Positions 20,701 through 32,800 of a stretch of 58,770 nt of DNA are shown in pieces. The notes beneath the pieces are model-generated. The model was given only the letters and a program-made list of their open reading frames with translations. It searched no databases and was not told the DNA's origin. Every line of letters begins with the position of its first letter. The first letter of the stretch is position 1. The stretch is from a virus (taxonomy: Duplodnaviria > Caudoviricetes): positions 1 to 58,770 of IMG/VR virus record IMGVR_UViG_3300020283_000003; one strand, given 5' to 3'. A program made the translations under genes and the position numbers.

Positions 20701-23700
20701 GCTATAAGTTCTATCTGGTTTGTTATACTTACCTCTCTTATGGTTAGGTGTACAAACTCTGAACTTAATTTTTGCCTTTCCTTTCTTACCAATTACAGTT
20801 TCACCAATTTTGAATGCACCTGTAACATCCTTGATTTCAAGGAGTTTTGGTACGATATCCAAATTATTACTTCCATCAAAGAAGTGGTAATACCTAGTTT
20901 TTGGTTTACAAGACAGCGCATCAACAAGTACGTTTCTAGAACGCATATACTCTTCCGCTTGCGACTTGATCTTCTCGACCTTATCTGCGGGTGTTGGCGT
21001 TGGTACGTCAACTTTCTTGTAAGTAGTGGTGTAAGTAGCGACGCGACGCATACAACGCCAGCCCCAGCCCCACCAGCCCCAATAGCCGTAGCGCCAACGA
21101 TATCCATACCAACCCCATCTCCACCAATATCCATATCTCCAACCACGACGATACCAGTAGTACCCCCAATGCCAATGGCACCATCTCCATCTATAACGAC
21201 CCCAATACCAACGCCAGCGACCCCACCAGCCCCACCAGTAACCAGTACGAACCCACTTATAACGTTTGGTAACAACCTTTACTGTTTTTTGCTTACCTTT
21301 AATCTTTACAGTTTGCTGAGTCTGAATCTTTCTAGACCAACTATCAATATCAGGTTTTAGTGTAATTGCAACTGCCCATGTAATAACGTTAAATGGGTTA
21401 ATATTACTTACACCAGTTGCTGCAAGTTGTTTTACCCACTCTTTCTCTTCATACTTAAGCATCAAGAGATCACCACGTTTAACGACGTTCTCATCTAAAA
21501 GGTCATAATCAATTGTACTATCGTAAGTAGAAGATGTTGTTTCGTCTTTAGTTACAATTAATGTTTTTAAAGATGCATTTGATGGTAATGGTGTAATTGT
21601 ACCGCTACCTTCATCACTCTGTTCACACTTATTATCTGGGTGTCCATCATCAATTTGTTCACTATTTTGGAAATTATCAGCAAAGAAACCATTTTTGAAT
21701 CGTGCTTTACCACTTGCATCTCTGATGTCAACATTTTTTGTTTGCTCTTCTAACATAGAAAGAGTAACTGCACTTTCAAGAGCACTGATCTTTCTATCTA
21801 ATTTACCAATATCAGCAAAGGTATATCTTCTTGGGTTTTCTAAATCAATATCAATAGAATCAGTTTCATCTGTATATGCAGGTAAAGTGATAGTACCCAA
21901 TAACATATGGTCAGCATCTAAATCATCAGGTTCACCCTCACCAGGCACACCTTGAACAATAGATAGATCACCATTTTTATTCAAGAAAAGTTTATCAGTT
22001 CTACTTAAGTAATATTCAAAACTTACAACAGATCCTTCCCCAACTGCTAAAGGTAGAGCTGGTTTATTATCAGCACCAAAGTCTCTAGATGCAAAACTAA
22101 ATGGAGGTGCAGTCGCAGTTGCTGGATCATATACAGAAACAGCAGGTCTAAAGTCTAAGACGTTTGTACCACCAGTAGTAGAACCATTTACTTCAGACTC
22201 CATATCTGGTATTAAACCTCTAAACACAGACTGTGGGTAACTATCTACAGTTACAACATCGCCATCATCTCCAGAAGGAACAGAGTAATAATCAAATACA
22301 ATTTTTAATTGTTTAGTTGGAGGTTGACCACTAGTAGCAGTTCTCTTAATAGAAGCATAGTTAGAGAACGCATGTTCCTGACCATTATTCAATTCATATC
22401 TGTAAGTAATATCCTTATAATTTCCATTAACAATACTATCAATACTTGCAACAATATCACTCTCATCAAAAGAAATATCTTCTCCAACAATAAACCTAGC
22501 ATCAGTTAGATATACAAAATCTACTTGAGCAGCACCAGGTTTTGCTACAAGTCTTGCAATTGCTTTACTACTAGCACCGATAATACTTTCACCAATAATC
22601 GCACTAGTCTGTACATTTTCTACAGAAGTTAGATTTAGTTTATCAAATGTAGGTGCATTACTATCAAAAGACTCATGAACAGCAATAATTTCAATAACCT
22701 CTGGATAGTTCAAACAAATTTTCTTGTCCTGAACTCTAGTTCCAAAAAATGTACTATAGGACAAACCATCATTTAAACTGTTATTTGCTGTAGATCCAGA
22801 CTGTTTGTTTGCAGATCGGGTAATATTTACGACATGTGAACGATTAACAACCTTATTTTTTGCCTTGAATTGAGGTTTCTTCATTACAACGTTGGCAACA
22901 ACGTTAGTCTGAGATGGTCTTAAACCTTTAAGTGTGATTGTATTTGAACCACTATTATATTCAAATTTGTTTGCTGTGATTGTTGCAATAACACCATCAG
23001 AATAAACAACACTATATCTGTCCTCATCAAATGCTTCAAATATAGCACCTTGAACACCACTGGTATTGGTGATTGTCATTTCACCAGAACCATTAGTTGC
23101 TAATGCAGTAAGTTGGGTATGGTACTCAAGACTTGAATTTTTTAGATCTACTGTTGCAACATCACTTTGTGGAAGAGCAACATACATCTCATCCTGTTGA
23201 ATGTTTTGTACAATAGGTGTAAAAGCAATAATTGTTGATGTAATATCCGCTGCAGGAAGAGCACCAGTAGTAATTCCAATAACATCTGTAGTCGCTTCTA
23301 TAGTAACTTCCTTACCAGTTTTTGCAATATCTTTTACTCTATACAATGTGGTAGTTGTAAAACCAACTTGTTGAACAGCAAGTAAAGAATCTGTCCTAAT
23401 ACCAGTAAGAGATTTACTATTAAGTGATACTTTACCAGTAGTGGTAATATTAAACTGGTCTGTTTCTTTAAATCCAGGAACAGGTTGACCAACTAAAAGT
23501 ACATCACCATAAAAATCTGCCTGTAGACCTAGTGTAGAAGCTTGCTGATAAACAGATTTTACATCAGTACTATCAAAGACTCTTACATCTAATGTTTTTC
23601 TAGCATTCTCTTTAACACCATTAATATAAATTTGTTCACCTTGGATGAAGGTTCCAGATGTATCCCTTACAAAAATCTTAGCACTTCCAGTACCAGCTGC

Positions 23701-25185
23701 GGTTACATATCCAGATGCACCACTAGATTGACCTGTGATATATGCACCTGCAGGAAGTTGAGCAGCACTGAGAGGGTTGGCAAGATGTAACTTCTGATAT
23801 AATGTTACGTCATAAACAAATAAAGTAAATGGAGTACTAGGAGATAAGTATTCTCCAGAACTTAAATTAAAAGAATAACACCTAGCATCACCAATTCTTT
23901 CACCTGCAAGAGTTGTTCCATTAGCACCTAATCTTTGACTGTATAATTGAATTTCTCTCTTAATTGCAGGATGTCCATAAACATTATTTACTTGAATTTG
24001 ACTACCTAGATTATATGGAACAAAAGCTTGTTCAACTTTACGAGTTGTTCTTGGTTTTGGAATATCTAAAATTGTTGCAACAGGTTTATCGATATCATAA
24101 CCTTTTACATATGCTTTACCAGATCCAATAGAAACACAAGCTAAATCATCAGAAGGAACATTACCTTCATCAGTTACTTGGTTATCATAGTAAAGACCAT
24201 TATTACCTCTTCTATTATTCAAACACTCATGGAAAGTGATGTCAAAAGGTTCAACAAAGAAGTTACCAGTTTTCTCAAAATCTCTTTCAGCAATATAATC
24301 TTTAATAACAGAATATTGTGGTTTATTAGGAACTGTTAAAAGTACACCTTCTTCTACTCTTAAGAGTTCAATAAAACTTGAGTCATTAAGATCAGTAAGA
24401 CTCTTTTTAACTAAGGTAGTTTGTATTTTAAATCTATCAGCACCAGGAGCAGCAAAGTTAGTGAAACCCTTTGCATTATCATATAAAGTATTATCTTGCT
24501 TTGCGTTTACAATTTCTTCACTAATTTGAAGACCGACTCTGTATGAAGGAGCATCGTTTGCTTCGTCTAAAACTACTGTTTGCTTTTTAACGTCAACGAA
24601 GTAACCTCTGAAGAAGAAAGTACCTGCATCTACGTGAGCAGCAGAACCTATTTGTGCTGCACTTGTTGCAATAGTAACTGCAAAAGTGTTTCCACTAGAA
24701 ATAGTTGTATTTCCATATACGACGTTTTCTTCAGTAATTAAAGTCTCTCCATCTTGGAAAGCACCTACATCATTACTAGCTGTACCAGAAGTATATTTTA
24801 TGAAAAGAGTAATATTACCACTTTCTGTTTGCGAAGATAGAAGAACATTTACGATCTTTGCTTCAAGACCTGTTTGTTGTCCTCTAATCTCTTTTCCTAC
24901 AAAGGATGAAATATAATCACTAACATTTAAACCAAGGAAAGTTGATTCAATCTGAATTGATTGATAATCAAAATCATAGCTAACTCCACCAGGTATTACA
25001 ACAGATCCATCTTTGAAAGTATGTCTAGCAAATTTTTCAATCTGATTCTGAAGAATAGATTGAGACGTAGTTAATTCTCTAGCCTGTACTGGAAAACCAG
25101 GCTTAAACAATACCCTATAGTAATTGTTTTCTGCGTCAAAATCGTCATAATATGGATTGATATTTAAATTGGTTCTTTGTGGCAT
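17749..25185 (-). CDS. large virion structural protein, VrlC/DUF4815-like
   Basis: PYYDDFD...YYRVLFKPGFPVQARELT, APGADR, RFKNGFFADNF, DPLAQSF, GSLFKSQN; downstream of gp8 as in cyanomyoviruses. Confidence 0.85.
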   Translation of the reverse strand: MPQRTNLNINPYYDDFDAENNYYRVLFKPGFPVQARELTTSQSILQNQIEKFARHTFKDGSVVIPGGVSYDFDYQSIQIESTFLGLNVSDYISSFVGKEIRGQQTGLEAKIVNVLLSSQTESGNITLFIKYTSGTASNDVGAFQDGETLITEENVVYGNTTISSGNTFAVTIATSAAQIGSAAHVDAGTFFFRGYFVDVKKQTVVLDEANDAPSYRVGLQISEEIVNAKQDNTLYDNAKGFTNFAAPGADRFKIQTTLVKKSLTDLNDSSFIELLRVEEGVLLTVPNKPQYSVIKDYIAERDFEKTGNFFVEPFDITFHECLNNRRGNNGLYYDNQVTDEGNVPSDDLACVSIGSGKAYVKGYDIDKPVATILDIPKPRTTRKVEQAFVPYNLGSQIQVNNVYGHPAIKREIQLYSQRLGANGTTLAGERIGDARCYSFNLSSGEYLSPSTPFTLFVYDVTLYQKLHLANPLSAAQLPAGAYITGQSSGASGYVTAAGTGSAKIFVRDTSGTFIQGEQIYINGVKENARKTLDVRVFDSTDVKSVYQQASTLGLQADFYGDVLLVGQPVPGFKETDQFNITTTGKVSLNSKSLTGIRTDSLLAVQQVGFTTTTLYRVKDIAKTGKEVTIEATTDVIGITTGALPAADITSTIIAFTPIVQNIQQDEMYVALPQSDVATVDLKNSSLEYHTQLTALATNGSGEMTITNTSGVQGAIFEAFDEDRYSVVYSDGVIATITANKFEYNSGSNTITLKGLRPSQTNVVANVVMKKPQFKAKNKVVNRSHVVNITRSANKQSGSTANNSLNDGLSYSTFFGTRVQDKKICLNYPEVIEIIAVHESFDSNAPTFDKLNLTSVENVQTSAIIGESIIGASSKAIARLVAKPGAAQVDFVYLTDARFIVGEDISFDESDIVASIDSIVNGNYKDITYRYELNNGQEHAFSNYASIKRTATSGQPPTKQLKIVFDYYSVPSGDDGDVVTVDSYPQSVFRGLIPDMESEVNGSTTGGTNVLDFRPAVSVYDPATATAPPFSFASRDFGADNKPALPLAVGEGSVVSFEYYLSRTDKLFLNKNGDLSIVQGVPGEGEPDDLDADHMLLGTITLPAYTDETDSIDIDLENPRRYTFADIGKLDRKISALESAVTLSMLEEQTKNVDIRDASGKARFKNGFFADNFQNSEQIDDGHPDNKCEQSDEGSGTITPLPSNASLKTLIVTKDETTSSTYDSTIDYDLLDENVVKRGDLLMLKYEEKEWVKQLAATGVSNINPFNVITWAVAITLKPDIDSWSRKIQTQQTVKIKGKQKTVKVVTKRYKWVRTGYWWGWWGRWRWYWGRYRWRWCHWHWGYYWYRRGWRYGYWWRWGWYGYRWRYGYWGWWGWGWRCMRRVATYTTTYKKVDVPTPTPADKVEKIKSQAEEYMRSRNVLVDALSCKPKTRYYHFFDGSNNLDIVPKLLEIKDVTGAFKIGETVIGKKGKAKIKFRVCTPNHKRGKYNKPDRTYSINPYNTAQNIPTTYSKSSTIINVDVASMAEEAQGSFSGYVVNDMLLTGQKSGATAKVSQIRLVSDKFGDIQACFFIRDPLANPAPPNRFKTGTKQFVLNTDINNTKATPGSTKISSGQADYKSTGVIETWRTTKYKVYFHRDPLAQSFTTDASGVFLTSLDVWFYTKDEKLPVFLEVRQMQLGIPTRNVLEYSEVKLDPDQVTLVPDTGASAGNETYKTTFNFKSPVFCAPNTEFCVVLLSESDSYEVFLARMGSKTLNFKALGLGQNSQHSKQWGAGSLFKSQNGSIWTPTQEEDLTFRLKRAKFTATSGTVYMHNPDLDVSNNYIRRLDPDSFQVISRSVTVGIDTVTNGTVMAGILTTGRKIGEATAAEGGSSGSSYKFGTIESTGGPIDLTFGSYAGISTVAIGGTDYIDGQYNNVDLFAVTGNGVGAKANIFVENGNVTAAGATIVTAGHGYAVGDIIGITTADAGGAGSQAQLSIEATSGVDRLFLEDVRGNTFVTSEKLVYYNDSGTRIALGTTTITLSARTGPTSNEGDMIIVYLPNHGMYSGSNKITISGCKDLADATQLSADVTSTSTVISVASTAGYDTFEGMPVTATNPGYVLVDQELISYTGVGAGTLTIGTRGVDGTVSTPHTLGEEVDLYELQGVSLRRINTTHDIDPYEFDIDNFYIRIQRDQNGTDRTDDGSLVNAPLLSFADSGAAGGDEIDTTTNLLYSSIKPNYRVIKPTGKTSVTAQARTITGTSPSGNEVSYVDKGYVNIDLGNVNEFSDVRMIASKVNEDAYNTELFRNKSFTTAITLQTTDENVSPTIDSTVGATEFEFFRINDPVSNYALDGRVNISGEDPHASAYVSKNVSLENESVALKVIIEAYRSETSDFRVAYQLQTSAEGGAAPWRLFPGYDNLKDTDGNGLGDQVITQLNNNGRPDRKIRPSAPLSDEFIQYEFNAQDLTEFTGFRIKIMMSGTNAADPPKFRSIRAIAYT

Positions 25186-25194
25186 TGTCTCAGT

Positions 25195-26751
25195 TTAGAA
25201 TTCCAGTACGATTTTTACGTCTTCTCTTTGTCTCAGGTTCCTCGAAACGGTTTGCCTGTTATCAATATATATAAGCTCACCCGATGAGACTTCAATTTCT
25301 GGACCAGAAAGACCGCTTGTGAAGTTAATTCCAAGATCTATTAGAGCACCTGCGCTACTTACTGTATTAATACCAGTAAATCCTGTATTGATTGTGCAAC
25401 TTGCAGAACCAATTGTGACGTTCGCTACGGCACTTGTAAAGGCATGTTTGATGAAAGATTGACGAGAAGCAAATGGGTCGTCTTCTTGATTTGTTGTAGA
25501 CTGGTTAAAGTATAAAGATCTATCTTGAGCATATCTAACAACATTTGTTGAACTATCAAAAGATGTTACCCATCCAAAGGCAGTAACACCAGCACCGATA
25601 GTTTGAGAAATTTTAGATCCTACGTTAATTTGCGTAATGTCAGAAATTGTATCTAAAACAATCGCATTTGTGGAACTAAATGAATTAGAAGACTGTACAG
25701 ATGTCGAACCAACAGAAAGTGGGTTCTTAAGTAGAGCAACTTGTGAGAATTTTGTAGAAGTTGGGAAATCACCGATATCGTCAAAACGAGCATAGATCAA
25801 AACTTTGTCAGCACCTAATTCATTATATGCATTAAAACCATGTCCTTTTGTTGGTGGAATGATTGGAATTAAGAATGCTCTATCAGTAATAGATCCAGTA
25901 TTAATTGAAGATAAATCAACAATACCAAAAGAATAACCACTACCACCAGATGATACAGTGGCACTAGTAATCTTACCTGAAGTATCTACAGATAAAACTG
26001 CCTTTGCTCCTGTTCCATCACCAAGGATATCAACGGGTTGGTTTTGCCCAATACCATATCCCGCACCTTGTTTTTCAATATAAACTGTTTTAATTTGATT
26101 CAGGTTTACATCCGAGTTTCCATTATCTCTAACCGCTGCAACTGGACCTGTAGCCGTTTCCCATTCATTTGGTACAGGTATGTACTCCAAAGTATCAAAC
26201 TTAATAATATCTCCAGGTGAGACAGTATACATATATTTCCAAACATAACCATCTCCACTATTACCCGCTTTAGATGGTTCAAGGTCAGTAAAAGTTGGTT
26301 CATCAAGAGATTGATTACCAACAGTATTGATACCTGAAGAACCGTTCTGTAAACAAATATAGACTTGGAAGTCTGAGTTCATTACATAGTAGTTCGCATC
26401 ATATAATCTAGTAGAGTTGGTTACAGGAGATGGAGATTGAATACTGTAATCGTGTCGGTACATTTCATAAATTGTACCTTGCGTCCAGTCAACTCTTCTA
26501 ATTAATCTTCTGATATTGTCTTTGGTAATTTTCTTACCAAAAAGTGCAGTATCACGAACATGATTAGCATAGTTGAAATCATCTACTGGATACGGGGTTG
26601 AATTATCCCAATCGGAACTCCTACCAAAACCAACCTGAGTTGGGTTCGCGAGTCCAAGAACGACATAATACGAATTATTTGAATCTGAAACATCAGACAC
26701 GAAATTGGCTGCGTTTAGGATCCTAAATTGGTCTGATACTATAGCGGGCAT
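25195..26751 (-). CDS. gp8: baseplate wedge protein
   Basis: MPAIVSDQFRILNA, YYVMNSDFQVYICLQNG, DGYVWKYMY, QREDVKIVLEF. Confidence 0.92.
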   Translation of the reverse strand: MPAIVSDQFRILNAANFVSDVSDSNNSYYVVLGLANPTQVGFGRSSDWDNSTPYPVDDFNYANHVRDTALFGKKITKDNIRRLIRRVDWTQGTIYEMYRHDYSIQSPSPVTNSTRLYDANYYVMNSDFQVYICLQNGSSGINTVGNQSLDEPTFTDLEPSKAGNSGDGYVWKYMYTVSPGDIIKFDTLEYIPVPNEWETATGPVAAVRDNGNSDVNLNQIKTVYIEKQGAGYGIGQNQPVDILGDGTGAKAVLSVDTSGKITSATVSSGGSGYSFGIVDLSSINTGSITDRAFLIPIIPPTKGHGFNAYNELGADKVLIYARFDDIGDFPTSTKFSQVALLKNPLSVGSTSVQSSNSFSSTNAIVLDTISDITQINVGSKISQTIGAGVTAFGWVTSFDSSTNVVRYAQDRSLYFNQSTTNQEDDPFASRQSFIKHAFTSAVANVTIGSASCTINTGFTGINTVSSAGALIDLGINFTSGLSGPEIEVSSGELIYIDNRQTVSRNLRQREDVKIVLEF

Positions 26752-26788
26752 TGCTTTCTAAAAATTAAAACACATTGGATCTAGGTAT

Positions 26789-26796
26789 TATTTATA
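26789..26796 (-). promoter_or_regulatory. T4-type late promoter TATAAATA
   Basis: Exact consensus upstream of gp8. Confidence 0.7.
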
Positions 26797-26800
26797 CTCA

Positions 26801-29800
26801 TTATTTTGTGATTCCTCCAGTACCCCTTAAACCGAACCCTCTTCTCTGGAAAAGTGGGTAAGATCCTAGACCAACAGAGAACGTATTTCCATCGACATTA
26901 AGTGCGATTGGATTACTTCCTCTACTAAATCCAGTAACAATTCCCCAACTGTAGGTACCAACATTAGTGTATGCAAATCCAACAGTACTGAGTCCAGAAG
27001 TATTTGAATTTGAATCAATATTGCAGAAAGTGGTTATGATTCCGTTACCTGCATCATACTGAACTTGGTGAACTTTATAGATGTTGTTACAAGCAGTTGT
27101 ACCAATACCAATTACTTGGGAATTGTGAGTATCGATAGAAGTTACACCTGTACCAACATTAGTATCGTTAATAAAGATTCTCATTCCATCTCTAAGGGTA
27201 TCTGATGGGGAAGATGGAAGAGTTAAAGTAAACTTCAAACAGAGATCAGTACCGATTCCAGTAGAAGTTGTAATTCCAATAATATCACCATCATAACCAT
27301 TTACAGTTGGTGTTATTGTGATACTTTCAATCTCCACAACTGGATTTGGTACTAACGCAAATGCACTAGTTCCATATCCACTACCAGCATTGGTAATATT
27401 TGCACCAATGATTGAACCGCCAGAAATAATTGCAGTTGCTAGTGCAGTTGTTCCGAAACCAACAGTAATATCAGGTGGATTTGATATAGAAATTGTTACG
27501 ATTCCAGTATATCCAGAACCACCATTAAGAACAGTGATTGTGGAAATCGTACCAGCACTTGCACCTGTAGTTCCAACTCCAACGCTTAGAATACCTACAA
27601 CTGGATCTGTTCCTGGAGTAATGATGCCATCAAAATTAGTAGATGGACTAACATTTTCATAGTTAAACAAACTAGTATTATCAAGGAAGAGGTAATCTTG
27701 AGTTGAAGATGCAGAACCAATAATTCTTGCTGTTGGATAGATTTGTGGTTCTAGTGCTTCACGAGTCTTAGGAATAATACGTCCATCAACAGTTCTATCA
27801 ACTTTTTGTTTTCTCCAAACAACAGGTCTCTTGAAGTTACCATCAATACCCTGTCTAGAGTATAAGTTAGTTGCAAGAATATCGGATGCAACAATGTCAT
27901 TAACAACTCTTGGTTCTTGATCTGGAACAGTAGAAACACCAACTGGTTTAATTAAGATTAATTCATCACCAATTTTGATTGATTCAACTACGTTAACAGT
28001 ATTAACATCATCATTACTACCTCTATAGAAGTAAATTGTAACTTGGTCAGCCTCTGCTGGAGCACTTGTAAATTCAAATGCAGTACCACCTTCAAAGCTG
28101 TAATCTTTCTCTGGTATTTGAAGAACACCATTGATAAAGATGATAAGAAGTGATGGGAAACTAATAGGTGTTCCATCTTGTTTCTCAAAACTGACTAACT
28201 GCTCATTTTGGAATAGTGGGAATCTCTTTGTTACACCATCTTGTAGTGAGGTAATATCATCAATATAATCAAGTTGACCGAATTGCCATCCATAGAAAGT
28301 ATCGGAGAATGTATCAACAACTTGAAGTTCAAATGGTTCAGTTTCAGTTGTATAACCAACTGTCTTAGATCCAGCAAGGACTTTTGCAGCAGTTACCAAA
28401 CCAACAGGACTAACCTTATCATTAACTTGGAAACCATATCCTCTGTTTCCGATTGTAAAGTTCTTAACTCCACTTGACTCTGATGCAACACCACTAGTAC
28501 TAATACCACCAACATTTAGAGTTACAGATAATCCAATACCAGTCTGGGTTGTCTCACCAATACCTAATCTAAAGAGACCTCTAACTGGTAGATCATCATA
28601 AGATGGTCCAGGAGTTTCTAACCTTGGAGCAATAGTAAATCCAGTTCCAACATAATCTAGAGAAGGAACGAGACTTCCACCAAAACCAACTGTAGTAGTA
28701 ATTGTTAAACCAGTTCCAACATTATTTTCAGGAACTACTGTTACTGGAACACTATTTCCATAGAATCCACTACCAGGGAAGAACTGATTAACCTTACCAA
28801 CTTTACCACCAGAATGATAGAAGTGTTTAAATGTACAGATACCAACATCAGCAGTAAATTCAGTAGCAGAATATACTTCCTTAACTCTAAATGGACCTGG
28901 ATTTAATTTCTTCTCAGCAATACCAGAACGTAATTGGGTAACCATACCACCACTACCGTAGAAGTGCTGATAAGTTGAAATACCAACTCTTACTCTTATT
29001 GTATTTGCGTCATCTGCACTGATTACTTTATAAGGACCAGTATATTGTTGTGGTTTGGATGTACCACCACCAGTGTAAGTATGAGCAATTGGGGATCTTC
29101 CAACATTAATGGTATATTCCTTACTATTAGCAATAGCAAGTACTTCATAAGGTCCAGTATATCTTACAGGAGATACTCTACCAGAGTGATCGTAAGTATG
29201 GACGTAAGTAGAAACACCAACATTAACAGTGAATGTATTTCTGTCAATTCTTTCCTTAACTGTGTAAGGACCAGCGAATTTAACTTCTGCAGCAGTACCA
29301 CCAGAAACATATGTATGAGCAAGAGTTGATACTCCTACATTAGTTACAAATGTTGTTGAGTTAACAATAGTCGTCAATTCAAAGTCAGTTTGCTTATCTG
29401 GATAAGTCTTAGAACCATATGCACATGATACGGTCATACCCTGCAATCTAACCTTCTTAAATCGGACAAAATTATGGTTGGTTGCGGTAGTAACAGTCGC
29501 AATACCTGATTGATTATCATATTGGAAGTTACTGATATTAACAGCGGTTCCAGTATCTTGTGGGAATACATGTGTAGTACCACTACCAATTGGGCAAAGC
29601 ATATGGATATTTTCAAAGTTAATTAACTGCCCAGTTCCAAGTTGATTGAATCCATTGGTTGTTACTGTTGCCAAACCAGTCATATTATTATATTCAAAAT
29701 TAGCAATCTTAATAAATGCACCTTGAGGATTAGGGAACCTGTCACTTGTAACACCAGTTCTTACATTACCACCACTGACATATGTGTGTACTATAGTTGA

Positions 29801-32800
29801 GATACCTGTGTTTGTTACGAAGGTATTAGCATCAATAACATCAGTTACTCCGAAGAAGAATCCTGTTCCACCATCTGGATATGTCTTCATACCAGAAGTA
29901 CATGTCAAAGCAATACCAGATAGTTTTACATTTTCACCTGTTGTTAGTCCATGACCAACTGCGGTTATAGTTGTAACACCAGTAGTGTTAGTGTAGTTAA
30001 ATCCAGTGATAGGAACATCAGTGAAATATGTTGGTCCTGTTAATCCAGTGCTCTGCTGAAGATCTGGAGTTGCTCCAATATTAACTGTAATTGTATTTGG
30101 AGTTCTTGCCTCAATATTAATATTATTATCGTAGAATGGATCTCTCTTATGTGATAAACCTTCATCAGTTGCACTTACAAATGTATGTACAGAAACGTTT
30201 GTAGAAGGTACAGTTGCTAATGTTTGTACTTCAAAAGTATTTGTAGTGACGTTTTCTACCTTTATCCACTTACCACTTACAGGATCAGTTGCTCTTGGAT
30301 AAGTTTTAACTGAAGTGTTACCATCTAAAGTACATGTAAATGATAATGAATTATCTGCTAACTTAATTTGTCTACCATTCTCAAATCCGTGGTTAGGAAC
30401 AGTAAGTACCATCATACCAGTAGTAGGATCGTAAGTAGCATCAGTTACAGTTTTGGTCTCTATAAGAGTTCTAGGATAACTATGCTGAGTCGCATTATTA
30501 TCTTTATCACATGTAAATGTGAGTGAGTTATCTGCTATCTTGATACTTGTTCCTACATCTAAGTCATGAGAACCAATGGTAAGTACCATTTTACCTGAAT
30601 TTGGATCGTAACTAGCATCAGAAACATTATAATTTACGGTAGTTGATACACCAACATTTAAACTGATTGTATCACTAGTTGTAGCAGCAATAGCAACAGA
30701 AGTATTATAGTATGGGTCTTTTGCACGTTTGAATGTGATGCCATTAGTCTTACCAGAGACAAATGTATGAGCATCAGTATTTGTAGAAGGGATTACATCT
30801 AATACTTGGACATCAAATGTTTTTGTGGTTACATTAGAAATCTCAACCCATCTATTACTGATGAAATCAGTAGAACGAGGATATGCAGTTGCCACAGTTC
30901 CACTAGTAGCACCAACATTAACTGTGATTGTTCCACCTGCTCCGTCTACAGCAGTAATATTAAGAGGCGTATTATATGCAGGATCGGTTGAACGAGGATA
31001 GTACTTAGTCTTGACGTTACCGTCAGCAGTACAAGTAAATGCAAACTTATCAGCACCAATTTCTACTAAGTCATCAGTTGTGAAACTATGAGTACCAATG
31101 GTAATTACCATATCACCAGTTGCAGGATCATATGTGGCATTAGTTACATCATGTTGTGTCTGCACAGGACCAACAGTAATTGTAATTGCATTAGTTACTG
31201 TTCCACCAGCCCAAGTATGTACTGAACCTACACCATATTGACATGAGAATGAAACCGCACCATCTTCAAGTTTAACTAGATCACCATTTTTCATTCCATG
31301 AGCAGCAGGAGTAGTAACAGTCATGATACCTACAACAGGATCATAAACTGTACCAGTTGTTGCGGTAAGAGAACCAGTAGTTGAACGAGGATATGCATGA
31401 ACTGTTGCATTATCATCCTGTGAACATGTGAATAGTAATGAATTTTCATTAATTTTAACAGCAGTTCCAGTTTTTAAGGTATGAGCACCAATGTTTGCTA
31501 CCATTAATCCTGTAGCAGGATCGTAAGTTGCAGAACTAACATCAAATGGGAGAATAGGAGATTTACCTACATTAAGTGTGATTGTATCACTAGTTGTTGA
31601 AGCAATACCAACAGCAGTATCATAGAATGGATCAGTGGATCTTGGATAATTCTTCGTTGATGTATTACCATCCATTGTGCAAGTAAATGGTAGTGAACCA
31701 TTAGCAATCTTAACACTTGTTCCTGTTCTTAAGGTATGAGCACCGATGTTTAGTACCATTACACCTGTAGCAGCATCATAAGTCGCAGCACTAACATCAT
31801 GATTTACGATAGTTGATATACCAACATTTAAACTGATTGTATTACTGGTTGTAGCAGCGATTGCAACAGCAGTATCATAGAATGGATCGGTTGATCTAGG
31901 ATATGTCTTAGTCGATGTATTACCATCCATTGTACAGGTAAAGGATAATCCATTATTAGCAATCTTAACACTTGTTCCTGTTGTCAAGGTATGAGCACCG
32001 ATGGTTAGTTCCATCACACCTGTCGCTGCATTATAAGTTGCATTGGTGACATCATGATTTACGATAGGTGATGCACCAACGTTGATTGTAAAGGTATCTG
32101 TGGTTGTTCCTGTAATAGCAGTTGCAATTCCAGAAATAGGATCGGTTGATCTAGGATAAGTCTTCGTTGCTGAATTGCCATCCATTGCACAATTAAAGGA
32201 TAACCCATCATTAGTAATAGAAATTGTATTTGATGTAGTTAATAAATGAGCAGCAGAAGTGATAACCATATCACCTGTTGATGGAGTGTATACTGCATTT
32301 GTTACTGGATTAGGTAAATTACCAACATCTGAGGTAACACTGTTTATTCCAGCAGATACGAATGTATGAAGATAATTACCACCTGACTGGATTGCACTAG
32401 AAGCAGTACCACCTGCCCATGTATGGGTGTAATCACCACCTGATTGGATTGCACTAGTTGCTGTACCAACAAATGTATGTGGGTGGTCACCACCACTCTC
32501 GATTACTGCTTTCTTAATACCACCAGGTTGTGCAGTTACAAATGTATGAGGTGAAACATCTGTAGAAGGTGTAACTGTTAATACTCCTACACTAAATCTG
32601 TTTTCATCAACAACAGTAACCTGTGTAAACGTACCACTAAGAGGATCAGTAGGTCTTGGATATGGGTGAGTTGTTGCATTACCATCTTTATTACATGTAA
32701 ATGTAATTGCATAATCATCAAACTTAATGTAATCACCATTTCTTAATCCATGATTAACTTTAACACCCTTTGAAGTAGCACTTACGAATGTATGAGGAAC

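Noticed and set aside
21041-21262. Diversity-generating retroelement variable region
   Set aside because: No template repeat or reverse transcriptase in the window
20740-21360. Overlapping Gly-rich (minus, 160 aa) and Pro-rich (plus, 206 aa) ORFs, or a programmed frameshift
   Set aside because: These are expected shadows of TGG/GGC-rich codons; the main frame is uninterrupted and no slippery site or start signal was seen
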